Assembly: GCA_963719495.1 (NCBI GenBank)
Contig: CAVRCI010000009.1
Coordinates: forward strand, 96,001-160,000
Direction of reading: 5' to 3'
Length of the DNA stretch: 64,000 nt
Origin: an uncultured Verrucomicrobiae bacterium
GTDB lineage: Bacteria; Verrucomicrobiota; Verrucomicrobiia; Chthoniobacterales; JAATET01
Below are positions 21,444 through 32,078 of the stretch, in pieces (position 1 is the stretch's first letter; each line of letters opens with the position of its first letter). The notes below the pieces were generated by a model. The model was not told the origin of the DNA, did not search any database, and worked only from the letters and a program-made list of their open reading frames with translations. The position numbers were made by a program, and so were the translations under genes.

Positions 21444-22718
21444 ATGCTCGACATCCGCCAGATCCGCGACAACCCCGACGCCACCAAAGCCCGCCTCCGC
21501 ACCCGCGGAGCCGACCAAGACGCCGACATCGACGCCCTCCTCCAGATCGACGCCGACCGCCGCCGAGCCGAGACCGACCTCCAACAGCTCCAGGCCGACC
21601 GAAAACGCCTCAGCAAACAAATCGGCAGCCTCCGCGCGAAGGGCGAAGACACCGCCGACATCGAAGCCCAGGTCAAAGCCCTCGCCGACGACCTCACCGC
21701 CCTCGCGGCCGCCGCCACCGACGCCGACACCCGCCAGCGCGACCTCCTCCTTGGCCTCCCCAATCTCCCCCAGGAATCCGTCCCCATCGGCCGAACCGAA
21801 GCCGACAACCCCGTCCTCCGCCACGGCGGCGAAAAACCCACCACCGCCACCGGCGAAGACCACCTCGCCATCGGCGCGCGCCTCGGCCTCTTCGACTTCG
21901 AGCGCGCCGCCAAGCTCAGCGGCAGCGCCTTCGTCTGCTACACCGGCCCCGGCGCCCGCCTCGAGCGCGCCCTCGTCAACTTCCTCCTCGATCTCCACAC
22001 CACCCAGCACGGTTACACCGAGATCAGCCCCCCGCTCCTCGTCCGCCCCGAGTGCCTCGTCGGCACCGGCCAGCTCCCCAAATTCGCCGACCAAGTCTAC
22101 CACTGCCCCGAAGACGACCTCTACCTCATCCCCACCGCCGAGGTCCCCGTCACCAACCTCCACCGCGACGAGATCGTCCCGCTCGCCGACCTCCCCCTCA
22201 CCTACACCGCCTACACCCCGTGCTTCCGCCGCGAAGCCGGTGCCGCCGGCCTCGGCACCCGCGGCATCATCCGCCTCCACCAATTCGACAAGGTCGAACT
22301 CGTCCGCATCACCACCCCCGAAGACTCCGCCGCCGCCCTCGAACTCATCACCAGCCAAGCCGAAAAGGTTCTCCAGCTCCTCGGCTTGCATTATCGAGTG
22401 ATCGAACTCTGCACCGGCGACCTCAGCTTCGGCTCGGCGAAGACCTACGACATCGAAGTCTGGGCCCCCGGCCAGGACGCCTACCTCGAAGTCTCGAGCT
22501 GCTCGAATTTCGAGGACTACCAAGCCCGCCGCATGAACCTGCGCACCAAGAACGCCGAAGGAAAAAACCAATTCTGCCACACCCTCAACGGCTCCGGCAC
22601 CGCGCTCGCCCGGCTCTACGTCGCCCTACTCGAGACCCACGCCCAACCCGATGGGACGATCAACCTCCCCGAGCCCCTCCACCCCTACTTCGGCTCGACC
22701 AGAATCCCGGCAAGGTAA
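21444..22718 (+). CDS. serS: Serine--tRNA ligase
   Basis: MLDIRQIR, GTGQLPKF, LIPTAEV, FRREAG, EVSSCSN, HTLNGSG. Confidence 0.98.
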   Translation: MLDIRQIRDNPDATKARLRTRGADQDADIDALLQIDADRRRAETDLQQLQADRKRLSKQIGSLRAKGEDTADIEAQVKALADDLTALAAAATDADTRQRDLLLGLPNLPQESVPIGRTEADNPVLRHGGEKPTTATGEDHLAIGARLGLFDFERAAKLSGSAFVCYTGPGARLERALVNFLLDLHTTQHGYTEISPPLLVRPECLVGTGQLPKFADQVYHCPEDDLYLIPTAEVPVTNLHRDEIVPLADLPLTYTAYTPCFRREAGAAGLGTRGIIRLHQFDKVELVRITTPEDSAAALELITSQAEKVLQLLGLHYRVIELCTGDLSFGSAKTYDIEVWAPGQDAYLEVSSCSNFEDYQARRMNLRTKNAEGKNQFCHTLNGSGTALARLYVALLETHAQPDGTINLPEPLHPYFGSTRIPAR

Positions 22719-22723
22719 GCTCA

Positions 22724-22773
22724 GGGGGGAACGCACGCCTCCCGGCGTGCGAGCAACGGCGTCCCGCCGTTGC
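22724..22773. repeat. Double-hairpin REP-like element, copy 3
   Basis: acgcacgcctcccggcgtgcgagcaacggcgtcccgccgttgc. Confidence 0.75.
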
Positions 22774-22830
22774 TTCCCGGCAAAGCGCCAGCGAGCCGAC
22801 CGCAGTTCACCTTTCACCCCTTTGCGACCT

Positions 22831-23817
22831 TTGCGACCTTCTGTTCAAAAAGCATTTGAGAACCTCCCCTCGTCGCGCCTGATCCTCGCGATCTCCGGCG
22901 GCCTTGACTCCCTGACCCTCCTCCACGCCCTCGTCGCATCAGGCCGTAAAAACCTCATCGTCGCCCACCTCGACCACCGCCTCCGCGGCCGCGCCTCCAC
23001 CGCCGACGCCACCTTCGTCAAAAAACAAGCCACCCGCCTCGGCCTCCCCCTCTTCACCGGACGCGCCGACACCCGAGCCTACGCCGCTGCCCGCGGCGTC
23101 TCGCTCGAACTCGCCGCCCGCGAGCTCCGCCACACCTTCTTCGCAGCCGCCGCCCGCGCCCACCGCTGCAACGACATCGTCCTCGCCCACCACGCCGACG
23201 ACCAGATCGAGACCATCCTCCACAACTTCCTCCGCGGCACCGGCCCCACCGGACTCACCGGCATGAAGGCGGAGACCCGCCTTCAGGTCGACCACCGCAC
23301 CCTCACCCTCCACCGCCCCCTCCTCGCCATCCGCCGATCCGAGATCGACGCCTACGTCCGCGACCAAAAAATCCCGTTTCGCGAAGACGCCAGCAACCGC
23401 GACCCCGCCCACACCCGCAACCGCCTCCGCCACGAACTCCTCCCCCTCATCGAGCGCACCTACGGCCCCTCCTTCGCCGAAGCCGCCCTCCGCAACGCCG
23501 ACATCCTCCGCGCCGAGGACGCGCACCTCACCGCCCAAGCCGCCACCTTCCCGCTCTCCCCCGAACTCCCCGTCCGCGACCTCCGCGCCGCCCCCGTCGC
23601 CATCCAGCGCCGCGTCATCCGAGCCTGGCTCAAACGTCACGCCATCCCCACCCCCGGCCTCGCCGAAATCGACCGCGTCCTGACTCTCCTCGCCCCCAAC
23701 GGCCCGGCAAAAATCAATCTCCCCGCCAACCACCACGCCCGCCGCCGCCAGGGAACCCTTTTCGTAGAAAAGCCATCCAAGAAAAACACCGGAGGGCGAG
23801 GCTCCGCCGAGCCGTAA
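22831..23817 (+). CDS. tilS: tRNA(Ile)-lysidine synthetase, short form (start uncertain, TTG assumed)
   Basis: AISGGLDS, HLDHRLR, AHHADDQIET, LRGTG, RPLL, EDASN, RNRLR. Confidence 0.93.
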   Translation: MRPSVQKAFENLPSSRLILAISGGLDSLTLLHALVASGRKNLIVAHLDHRLRGRASTADATFVKKQATRLGLPLFTGRADTRAYAAARGVSLELAARELRHTFFAAAARAHRCNDIVLAHHADDQIETILHNFLRGTGPTGLTGMKAETRLQVDHRTLTLHRPLLAIRRSEIDAYVRDQKIPFREDASNRDPAHTRNRLRHELLPLIERTYGPSFAEAALRNADILRAEDAHLTAQAATFPLSPELPVRDLRAAPVAIQRRVIRAWLKRHAIPTPGLAEIDRVLTLLAPNGPAKINLPANHHARRRQGTLFVEKPSKKNTGGRGSAEP

Positions 23818-23900
23818 CCATCACCCAGCGCCCCGCCGCGCCCAAAGAATTTGAACCCTCACCAATCCTCATCTACGTTCCCGACACCAACGCCCGCCGC

Positions 23901-25364
23901 ATGAAAAACCATCTCTTCACCACCCTCGCCGCTCTCGCCACCCTCACTCTGGCGCTCACCACCCCCTCCCGCGCCCAGTTCACCAACGGCCAACCCGCCG
24001 ACCTCGTTCTCTTCCAGCCGGATTTCACCTCCACGGCCAACGGCTCGTCCGCCCGCCGCGCGTTCATACCCGCCGGAATCGCCATCGATCCGACGACCGG
24101 CAAACTCTTCGTCGTCGACAATGGAAACAACCGCGTTCTCCGGTTCGCGAACGTCTTCTCCCTCGTCACCAACGCCGGTGCGGAAGCCGTGATCGGACAA
24201 ACCAATTTTTCGTCGAGCACAAACGCGACTTCGCAGACCGGTCTCGACATGCCCAACGGCATCACCGTGGACCGCTTCGGCCGCCTCTGGGTCGCCGACA
24301 CCGGCAATAACCGCGTCCTCATGTGGGAAGCCGCGTCATCCCGTTCCACCGGCGCAGCCGCTGACGCCGTTTTCGGCCAATCGACGTTCATCGGCAACGT
24401 CGCCACGACCGCCATCAATCGAATGAACGGCCCACGTTCCGTGCTCGTGGACGAAGCCGACCGACTGTGGGTTGTCGATACCAACAACCACCGCGTCCTC
24501 CGATTCGATTCCATCTCGAGCCAGCTCAACGGGACCAACGCCGATGCCGTTCTCGGCCAGTTGAATTTCACCAACAACTCCTTTGGGACGACCGATTCCA
24601 CTCTACGGACGCCCACCGAACTCGCCATCGACGCCACGGGCCGCCTTTGGGTCGCCGACACCTCGAACGCTCGCGTTCTTCGCTTCGACAACGCCGCAGC
24701 CAAAGCCAACGGCGCGGCCGCCGACGGCGTCTTGGGTCAGACCGATTTCGTAAGCGGGACTGCGGCGCCGCCGCTCACGGCCTCAACTCTCGCGGTTCCC
24801 GTTGGCCTCGCCCTCGCTCCCAACGGCGACCTCTGGGTGTCCGATCTCACCGCCGCTCGTGCCATTGGCTTCTCAAACCCGGCCCTCCTCGCGAATGGCG
24901 CGCCCGCCGCGAAAGTCCTCGGGCAAGCCGACTTTGCCAACGTGGAAGCCGCGACCACCGCCGTCGGACCCATCTTCAGCACCGGCCTCACCTTCGACAC
25001 CGCCGGACGCCTCTGGACCTCCAACAACGGCGGCCACCGCGTCCTCCGATTCACCCCGCCGCCCCCCGCGGCGGCCATCGCCGACACGTCCTCACCGACG
25101 ATCAAAGTCCGCGGCCGCAAATCCATCGACTCCACCCGCAACCGCATCGTCCTCCGCGGCACCGCCGCCGACGACACCGCCGTCGCCGGGATCGAATACA
25201 AAGTCTCCGGTCAGCGAGGCCTCCAGTCCGGCAAGGGAACGACCAACTGGAAAGCCATCATCCGCCCCGACAAAAACAAACGCAAAACCGTCGTCCGAGT
25301 CCGCGCCATCGATGCCTCCGGCAACCGATCCCGCTTCCTCAAAATCAAAATCTTCCGCCGCTGA
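23901..25364 (+). CDS. Secreted NHL-repeat beta-propeller protein with basic Ig-like C-terminal domain
   Basis: Signal peptide; repeats LWVADTGNNRVL and ADxVLGQxxF; ends KIKIFRR. Confidence 0.9.
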   Translation: MKNHLFTTLAALATLTLALTTPSRAQFTNGQPADLVLFQPDFTSTANGSSARRAFIPAGIAIDPTTGKLFVVDNGNNRVLRFANVFSLVTNAGAEAVIGQTNFSSSTNATSQTGLDMPNGITVDRFGRLWVADTGNNRVLMWEAASSRSTGAAADAVFGQSTFIGNVATTAINRMNGPRSVLVDEADRLWVVDTNNHRVLRFDSISSQLNGTNADAVLGQLNFTNNSFGTTDSTLRTPTELAIDATGRLWVADTSNARVLRFDNAAAKANGAAADGVLGQTDFVSGTAAPPLTASTLAVPVGLALAPNGDLWVSDLTAARAIGFSNPALLANGAPAAKVLGQADFANVEAATTAVGPIFSTGLTFDTAGRLWTSNNGGHRVLRFTPPPPAAAIADTSSPTIKVRGRKSIDSTRNRIVLRGTAADDTAVAGIEYKVSGQRGLQSGKGTTNWKAIIRPDKNKRKTVVRVRAIDASGNRSRFLKIKIFRR

Positions 25365-25444
25365 TCCAATCAAGAGCGGCCCGGCAACTGCCAGACGACC
25401 AACCCGACCGGCGAAGCCGCACTCCCCCCAATCCGAAATTCCGC

Positions 25445-26995
25445 CTACCGCCGCAAAATCCGCACCTTCGCCCGCTTCGACTTCAGCCCCACCCCATCGA
25501 CCGCCCGCAACTTCACGATCACGCGCCCTCGATCCTTCCGCACCCGCAGCACGACCTTGAACTTGTCACCGCCCTTGACCTTCGACTTCGCCACCTTCGC
25601 ACCGCGCGCCCGCACCTCGATCCGCGCGATCCCCGAAGCATCCGAAGCCGTCCCCCGAATTACCACCCGTTTCCGCAACGTCTCGATCGTCTTCCGACCC
25701 CGCACCTTGAGCGTTGGATTCCGGACATCGATCTGCCCGCCGCCCGGAGCCGGCTCCACCACCGGATCGAACGGAAACCGCAGCACGCGGCTATTCTGAC
25801 CGTCTGCCACCCACAGGTCGCCATTCTCGTCGACAAAACTCTGACTCGAAAATTCCAGGTTGAGCCTCCGAGCCGACGGTGGCGGCGTGATTCCGCCGCT
25901 TCCGCTCACGAAATCCGCCTGTCCGATCACCACACTCGCGGTCGCCAGCGTCGGAGGCAACGCCACCGTGTCAAATCGGAGCACCCGATTCTGCGTCGAA
26001 TCCGTGACCCACAACCGCCCGTCGTCGTCCGCGTGCGCCCCAGTCGGCTCGCGCAGCCGTTGGGCCGACACCCCCATCGCCTTCTCCGTGAACGAACTCT
26101 GACCCACCACCACATCGGCAAACGCCCCATCCGACCGGATCGCTGCGTTGAAGTAGCCAACAACCCGGTTGTTGACGGAATCGGCCACCCACAAAATCCC
26201 CCGCGAATCGACCTGAACACTCGTCGGGTTGGCCAGCTTCGATGCCGTGACACCCGGTAGCCGGGTCGTGAAGCTCGTCTGCCCAAAGACCCGGTCCGCC
26301 GCCGCGCCGTTCGCCTTCGACAATGCTGCGGTGAATTTGAGAACCCGGTTGTCGAACTCATCCGCAATCCACAGGTTGCCGACCCCATCCGCCCAAACGT
26401 CGATGGGGGTAAACTCGTCAGCCGACGTTCCAGCCGCGCCGGAAAGCGTCACGAAATCCGGACGCCCCAGCACCAGATCGGCATCGGGGTAATTCCCGAG
26501 ATTTGCCGCGTCGCGAAAGAGCAGAACCCGCTCATTATTCCCGTCGGCCACCCACAGATTTCCACTCGGGTCGACCGACAAACCCTTGGGGCGATTGAGA
26601 TTTTTCCGCGTGGGGAAATTTGTCCCCGCGTTGAAGTCGCCCGAGGTGAAGTCGGGTTGCCCGATCACCGCTTCCGCCGCCGCCCCGTTCCGCAAACCCG
26701 CCCGATCCCCGTAACGCAGGACGCGGTGATTTCGCAGGTCACTCACGAAGACCTTCCCGGACACCGGGTCGATCGCGATGTCCGTCGGACCATTCAGCGA
26801 CGACGCGCTCGTCGGCTCCGGGAACGGGTTCGTGAACCCCGGGTCGCCCAACACTAGGTCCGCACTCGCAAACGTCTCGATCTCACCCCGCGCCCCCGGC
26901 ACCGCCACGACCCACGTGAACCCCACGGCCACCACGCACAACCAATTCCACCTCATCACTTTTGCTCCGTTTGTCCTTTGCATTTTCATTGTCAT
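25445..26995 (-). CDS. Secreted NHL-repeat protein with basic Ig-like C-terminal domain (start may be 26956)
   Basis: LWVADGNNERVL-type repeats; ends KVRILRR. Confidence 0.9.
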   Translation of the reverse strand: MTMKMQRTNGAKVMRWNWLCVVAVGFTWVVAVPGARGEIETFASADLVLGDPGFTNPFPEPTSASSLNGPTDIAIDPVSGKVFVSDLRNHRVLRYGDRAGLRNGAAAEAVIGQPDFTSGDFNAGTNFPTRKNLNRPKGLSVDPSGNLWVADGNNERVLLFRDAANLGNYPDADLVLGRPDFVTLSGAAGTSADEFTPIDVWADGVGNLWIADEFDNRVLKFTAALSKANGAAADRVFGQTSFTTRLPGVTASKLANPTSVQVDSRGILWVADSVNNRVVGYFNAAIRSDGAFADVVVGQSSFTEKAMGVSAQRLREPTGAHADDDGRLWVTDSTQNRVLRFDTVALPPTLATASVVIGQADFVSGSGGITPPPSARRLNLEFSSQSFVDENGDLWVADGQNSRVLRFPFDPVVEPAPGGGQIDVRNPTLKVRGRKTIETLRKRVVIRGTASDASGIARIEVRARGAKVAKSKVKGGDKFKVVLRVRKDRGRVIVKLRAVDGVGLKSKRAKVRILRR

Positions 26996-27009
26996 TAAAC
27001 CAAGACGCC

Positions 27010-28497
27010 TCACCGCCGCAAGATCCGGAACCGCTCCCGCTTCGATTTCAGCCCGACCCCATCGACCGCCCGCAACTTCGCGACCACCCGACCCCGGTCC
27101 TTGCGCACCCGCAGCACGACCTTGAACGAGTCGTTCCCCTTCACCTTCGACTTCACGACCTTCGCCCCCCGCACCTTCACCTCGATCCGCGCGATCCCCG
27201 ACGCGTCTGCCGCCGTCCCCCGGATCACCACCCGCTTGCGCAGGGTCTCGATCGTCTTCCGACCCCGCACTCGGATCGTCGGCCTCGTCACGTCCGCCAC
27301 GACCACGGGGTCCCGCGGCCGGGAGAATCGCAGCACCCGGTTGTTACCAGCGTCGGCAACCCAAAGATCCCCGTTCGCTTCGACGTGAAGACCACCGTCC
27401 GAGAGTCCCCCCAGCGGGCGATCACTACTCAACCGGTTGGCGGCGAGACCGAAGTCATCCGAATCGAAGTCACTTTGTCCGATCACGGCATCCGCATCGC
27501 CCCCGTTCGGCTTGCTCGCAACCGAGTTAAAGCGAAGGACGCGATTATTTTGATCATCCTTGACCCACAAGGCGCCAAGATCGTCCGTGTAAACGTCCGA
27601 GCACAGGCTCATCCCCGAGGCGGACGTGGTTTGCACTCGCACGGTGAACGAAGTCTGACCCAACAACCGGGTGGCAACCGTATTCGGCAGCGCACCACTC
27701 GCCGTTTCAAAGCCCAGGACGCGGCTATTGAAAATATCGGCAACCCAGAGCGTGCCGTTCGCATCGCGGTCCAGACCGCGCGGCCCATTCAGCGCCGTAG
27801 CTGACCTTCCAGAATCGTCCGTCATGTAATCCGGCTGACCGTAAACGGCGTCAGCCGGGGCACCGTTCGTTTTGTTCGCCGCATCGGTGAAAGCGAGAAT
27901 CCGGTTATGACTGGAATCCGAGACGAACAGATTGCCAAAATCATCGACGGTCACACCGCTCGGCGATCTCATCCCGGTCCGGGTGAGTTGGGACGAATCA
28001 TCGGTCAAATTGGCCTGACCCAAGACCAAATCAGGTAGGAAAGCGACCCCCGGCACCACAACCCGGTTCGCGGCGTTTTCAAACATCAATACGCGATTAT
28101 GAGAGGTGTCCGCGACCCAAAGCCGTCCGGCCGAGTCCAGGGCAACACTGGAGGGACTGTTCAACGATCTCTCACGACCTCCCGGCAGCGGGTTCCCGTC
28201 GAGGTCCATTCTTCCGAAGACGGCCTCGGCATCGGCGTTGTTCGCCAAGGCATCGTTCGACGCAAACCGAAGAATGCGGTCGCGTCGCCGGTCCACCACA
28301 AAGACCTTGCCGGTCGCGGGATCGACCACGACATCGCGCGGTTCTTCCAAGGAGCTCGCACTCGTTGATCGCAGGGTGTTGGTCGTAAAATCCGGTTGAC
28401 CCAACACCAAATCTGCGTTCGCAAAGGTGGGGATCTGCGCCGAAACCGGCACGGCGACAAAACAGGCGCAGCAAAGTAGAGCCTTCAAGGATTGCAT
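27010..28497 (-). CDS. Secreted NHL-repeat protein with basic Ig-like C-terminal domain
   Basis: Signal peptide; LWVADTSHNRVL-type repeats; ends RFRILRR. Confidence 0.9.
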   Translation of the reverse strand: MQSLKALLCCACFVAVPVSAQIPTFANADLVLGQPDFTTNTLRSTSASSLEEPRDVVVDPATGKVFVVDRRRDRILRFASNDALANNADAEAVFGRMDLDGNPLPGGRERSLNSPSSVALDSAGRLWVADTSHNRVLMFENAANRVVVPGVAFLPDLVLGQANLTDDSSQLTRTGMRSPSGVTVDDFGNLFVSDSSHNRILAFTDAANKTNGAPADAVYGQPDYMTDDSGRSATALNGPRGLDRDANGTLWVADIFNSRVLGFETASGALPNTVATRLLGQTSFTVRVQTTSASGMSLCSDVYTDDLGALWVKDDQNNRVLRFNSVASKPNGGDADAVIGQSDFDSDDFGLAANRLSSDRPLGGLSDGGLHVEANGDLWVADAGNNRVLRFSRPRDPVVVADVTRPTIRVRGRKTIETLRKRVVIRGTAADASGIARIEVKVRGAKVVKSKVKGNDSFKVVLRVRKDRGRVVAKLRAVDGVGLKSKRERFRILRR

Positions 28498-28654
28498 CGT
28501 TAAGGGGTAGCACATCTGGGCAAAAGCGCTTCCGCAATTTTTCGCCCGGACTTCCGGCCGCTCGATCCGCCGGCCGATCGATCCGAAGCCGAAACGGGAT
28601 CGGACCGGTTCAAAGGCCGGGGAGGGCTTCCGCTCACGCCGAAGGTGACTTCAC

Positions 28655-30973
28655 CTACCGCCGCAGGATGCGGAACCTCACCCGCTTCGACTTCAGCCCC
28701 GCCCCGTCGACCGCCCGCAATTTCACAATCACCCGCCCGCGATCCTTCCGGACCCGCAGCACAACTTTGACTGTCCCGTTCCCGCGCACCTTCGCTTTCG
28801 CGACCTTCGCACCCGGAGCCCGCACCTCGATCCGAGCGATCCCCGACGCGTCCGACGCCGTCCCCCGGATCACCACCCGCTTGCGCAACGTCTCGATCGT
28901 CTTCCGACCCCGCACCCGCAACGTGGGTCGCTTCGTGTCGGTCACCCCCGGCGCGACGATTTCCGGCGTGATCGTGAACGCGTAGGCCGCGCCCGAACTC
29001 GCAGCCAAGGCATTGTCCAAGGCGGGGTCATTTACCGGGACAAACGCCGTGCTGTCCTCGAGTCTCGCCCCCACCAGCGCCAACTCCACCGAGATCCCCA
29101 CCGCGCCACCGAAGCGGTCATCCGTCCCGGTGTTCGACGCTTTCAGATAGCTCTGCTGACCCCACACCCCGCCGACCCGACGGAAGACGTAAGCCGCCCC
29201 CGAATTTCCCGCGCCCAGATTCACCTCGCTCCCGTTCACCCCGGTCGAATCGCTGTCCTCGAACTCCGCACCCACGATGAGCGCATCCCCGGAGATCGCC
29301 ACCGACGTCCCGAATTCATTGCCGACCCCGTTGGTCGACGATTTCAGGTAGGCTTGCTGCGGCCACAACGCCCCGCTCCGCGCAAAGACGTAGGCCGCGC
29401 CCGCGTTGTTCGCACCGTCGCCCTCTCCACCATTCACCCCCGTCGCCGGACTGTCCTCGTTCGGAGCGCCGACGATGATTGTGTCGCCCGAGATCGCCAC
29501 AGCGATCCCGAATTCATCGTCCGCCCCCGGCGTCGACGCCTTCAATTGAGCCTCTGGCGTCCATACCCCCAGCGTCCGCACGTAGACGTAGGCCGCTCCT
29601 TCGTCGTCCTCAACGCCATCCTGGTTTCGGGCACCGACCACCGCCCGGTCACCCGACAACCCCACCGAGCCGCCGAAGCGATCCTCATCCCCCGAGTCCG
29701 TCGCCTTCAGGTAGGCCTCCTGATTCCAAATTCCCCCGCTCCGAACGAAAACGTAGGCCGCCCCAACGTTCGTCCCCGTGTCGCCCTCTGCACCGCCCAC
29801 GCCATTGGACGTGCTGTCCTCGAAATCCGCCCCGACCACGAGCGTGTCACCCGAGATCGCGACCGAAATCCCAAACCGATCCCCGCCCCCCGCGTTGCTC
29901 GCTTTGAGAAAACCATCCGGAAACCACAGCGTCCCCGTCCGTCGGAAAACGTAAGCCGCCCCCGAGTTGGCCGCCATGTCGTCCTCCGAGTCCGCTCCGA
30001 CCACCACGCGATTTCCGTCGATCGCCACGGCCCCGCCAAACCCATCCCCGTCGCCGGTGTTCGACGCCTTGAGATACGCCTGAAACTGCCACCCGCCAGC
30101 CGTCCGCACGAAAATGTAGGCCGCCCCCGAGTTCGACGACGAATCGTTCGTCGCGACACCGTTCACGTTCACGGCGTTGCTGTCCTCCTGCGGCGCCCCC
30201 ACCACCGCCGTATTCCCCGAAATGGCCACCGCCGCGCCGAAGAGATCGTTCGCGTCCACCGACGACGCCTTGAAGAGCACCTCCTGCGCCACCGGGTCGA
30301 TCGTCACCGGATACCGCGCCCCCCGCTCGTCCACCTCGATCCGCACCCCGCCATCGCCCGCCGCGACGAACTCGACCGGCAGCCGCCGCCCGTCCGCGTC
30401 CCACGCCAACAATCCGCCGTAGGTCAGCACCACCGCCTCGTCCGCGTTCACGAAGGAGACCGCGCCCGCCTCGACCCGCGGCTTGAGATCGCCTCGCACC
30501 GCCAATTCCAGCCCCAGTCGCGGCCCCGCCGAGTCCCCAGCCGGACGCTCCGTCAACGTCCATCCCTGCTGCAATCCTCCCGCCGAGTTCACGAACCATT
30601 CGTAGATCCCTTCCGCCCGCTTCACCGCCAGCCGGTTCTCATCGGCCCGCATCCAGGCGGCTCCCGACACCGCAGCGGCCTCGTCCCCGAAACCCACCGC
30701 GCTCAACTCCAATCCCCAAGTCCACTCCCCGGTCCGCGCGACGAATCCGCCGTCTTCGAATTCCGCGAGCCAACCCACCCCCGGACGTTCCGCCGCGAAG
30801 CGACCCTCCGACGTTTCGACGAAGGCATGCCGCTTCGCGTCGTAAGCCGCCCGGAGGCCGCTCCAATCCGCGGCACTCACCGCGGACGGTCGATCCGTCG
30901 GAGCCGCGAGCGCCGCGGCACCGGTCAGCGTGAAAATGGAAAGGACTCGGACGAGGAAGGTCGTTGTTTTCAT
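28655..30973 (-). CDS. Secreted FG-GAP (integrin-alpha-like) repeat protein with ~225-aa N-terminal domain and basic Ig-like C-terminal domain
   Basis: Seven YLKASN..D.FG.SVAISGD..VVGA..ED...GAAYVF repeats; YPVTIDP linker; ends RFRILRR. Confidence 0.9.
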   Translation of the reverse strand: MKTTTFLVRVLSIFTLTGAAALAAPTDRPSAVSAADWSGLRAAYDAKRHAFVETSEGRFAAERPGVGWLAEFEDGGFVARTGEWTWGLELSAVGFGDEAAAVSGAAWMRADENRLAVKRAEGIYEWFVNSAGGLQQGWTLTERPAGDSAGPRLGLELAVRGDLKPRVEAGAVSFVNADEAVVLTYGGLLAWDADGRRLPVEFVAAGDGGVRIEVDERGARYPVTIDPVAQEVLFKASSVDANDLFGAAVAISGNTAVVGAPQEDSNAVNVNGVATNDSSSNSGAAYIFVRTAGGWQFQAYLKASNTGDGDGFGGAVAIDGNRVVVGADSEDDMAANSGAAYVFRRTGTLWFPDGFLKASNAGGGDRFGISVAISGDTLVVGADFEDSTSNGVGGAEGDTGTNVGAAYVFVRSGGIWNQEAYLKATDSGDEDRFGGSVGLSGDRAVVGARNQDGVEDDEGAAYVYVRTLGVWTPEAQLKASTPGADDEFGIAVAISGDTIIVGAPNEDSPATGVNGGEGDGANNAGAAYVFARSGALWPQQAYLKSSTNGVGNEFGTSVAISGDALIVGAEFEDSDSTGVNGSEVNLGAGNSGAAYVFRRVGGVWGQQSYLKASNTGTDDRFGGAVGISVELALVGARLEDSTAFVPVNDPALDNALAASSGAAYAFTITPEIVAPGVTDTKRPTLRVRGRKTIETLRKRVVIRGTASDASGIARIEVRAPGAKVAKAKVRGNGTVKVVLRVRKDRGRVIVKLRAVDGAGLKSKRVRFRILRR

Positions 30974-31052
30974 AACGTAAGACCACCATCCCCACCGCCC
31001 GCCACCACCTCAACCAATCGAAAGGTCTAAAAGTGCGTTCGTCCTCCCGGAC

Positions 31053-32078
31053 TCACCCCAGCGCCACGAGCAACTCCGTCCGGCTGCGGACCCGATGCCG
31101 CGCGTAGAGCGCCCGCAAGTCGGCCTTCACCTTCGACACATTCACGTCAAGCAGCACCGCAATCTCCCGATCCGTCCGCCCCTGCAGAATGCGCTCCACC
31201 AGCCTCCGCTCGTCCGCCGAGAGATTCACCACCGGCAGCCCGGCGGGTGCTTCGGCCAGAAAACTCACCCGCACCAACTCACCCGCCGAACCCGGCAACC
31301 AACTCACCCGCGCCAGCCAGCCCCCCGACCCCCGCACCAGTCGCGTCTCCCCGCCAACCCGCAGCGCCTCGACCTCCCGCCGCAGAACGTCCGGCAACCT
31401 CGCGACGGCCTCCCCGCCACCCCACCACCGAGCCAGCTCCCCCTCGGCCACCCGGCTCATCACGACGACCTCACCATCAGGCCGCGCCACGACCACGGGC
31501 ACCGGCAGCTTCCGGATAGTCGTCCGCAGCCCCCGCTCCGCCTCACCCACGACCTCGGCTGCCACCACCCGCCGAAGCACCGCCTCCACCTCCGGATGCA
31601 GCGCCTCGAAAACCGCCACATCCTCCGCGGAAAAGTCGCCCTGCCGCGCTGTCCGCAGGGCCGCCACGAACGCCGTCAGATCCCGGCTTGCCGGGTCCGG
31701 CTCCCAAAATGCAAAATTGATCCCGTAGCGCCAGCCCCCCGGCCTCATCACCTCTCGATAAAACGGATGTCGCGCCAGCGCCGCGCCGCGCGGCAGAAAG
31801 TCGCTGATCTTCCCCACCGGGATCCGGGGATTCTCCTCAACGTAATCGTCCGCCGGATTTCCGATCACGATGCTCGGTGCCCGCGCCGACGTGAACCGCG
31901 CTCCGTCGGAATGGATCACGGTCGTCGCCCGATACCCGATCGCCCGGTAACCGAACGCCACCACGTGCACCCGCGTCAACTTCGGCACCAGATCGAAGAT
32001 TCCGGCGATGAAATCCCTCGCCACCGTCGCGTCCGCGAGCCGCTTCAGCGACTCCCGCGCTCCCGGGCTGATCCTCAC
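31053..32078 (-). CDS. LuxR-type HTH transcriptional regulator with N-terminal sensor-like region
   Basis: C-terminal LSADERRLV..ILQGRTDREIA..L.VNVSKVKADLRALY; GTG start overlaps the upstream stop. Confidence 0.8.
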   Translation of the reverse strand: MRISPGARESLKRLADATVARDFIAGIFDLVPKLTRVHVVAFGYRAIGYRATTVIHSDGARFTSARAPSIVIGNPADDYVEENPRIPVGKISDFLPRGAALARHPFYREVMRPGGWRYGINFAFWEPDPASRDLTAFVAALRTARQGDFSAEDVAVFEALHPEVEAVLRRVVAAEVVGEAERGLRTTIRKLPVPVVVARPDGEVVVMSRVAEGELARWWGGGEAVARLPDVLRREVEALRVGGETRLVRGSGGWLARVSWLPGSAGELVRVSFLAEAPAGLPVVNLSADERRLVERILQGRTDREIAVLLDVNVSKVKADLRALYARHRVRSRTELLVALG

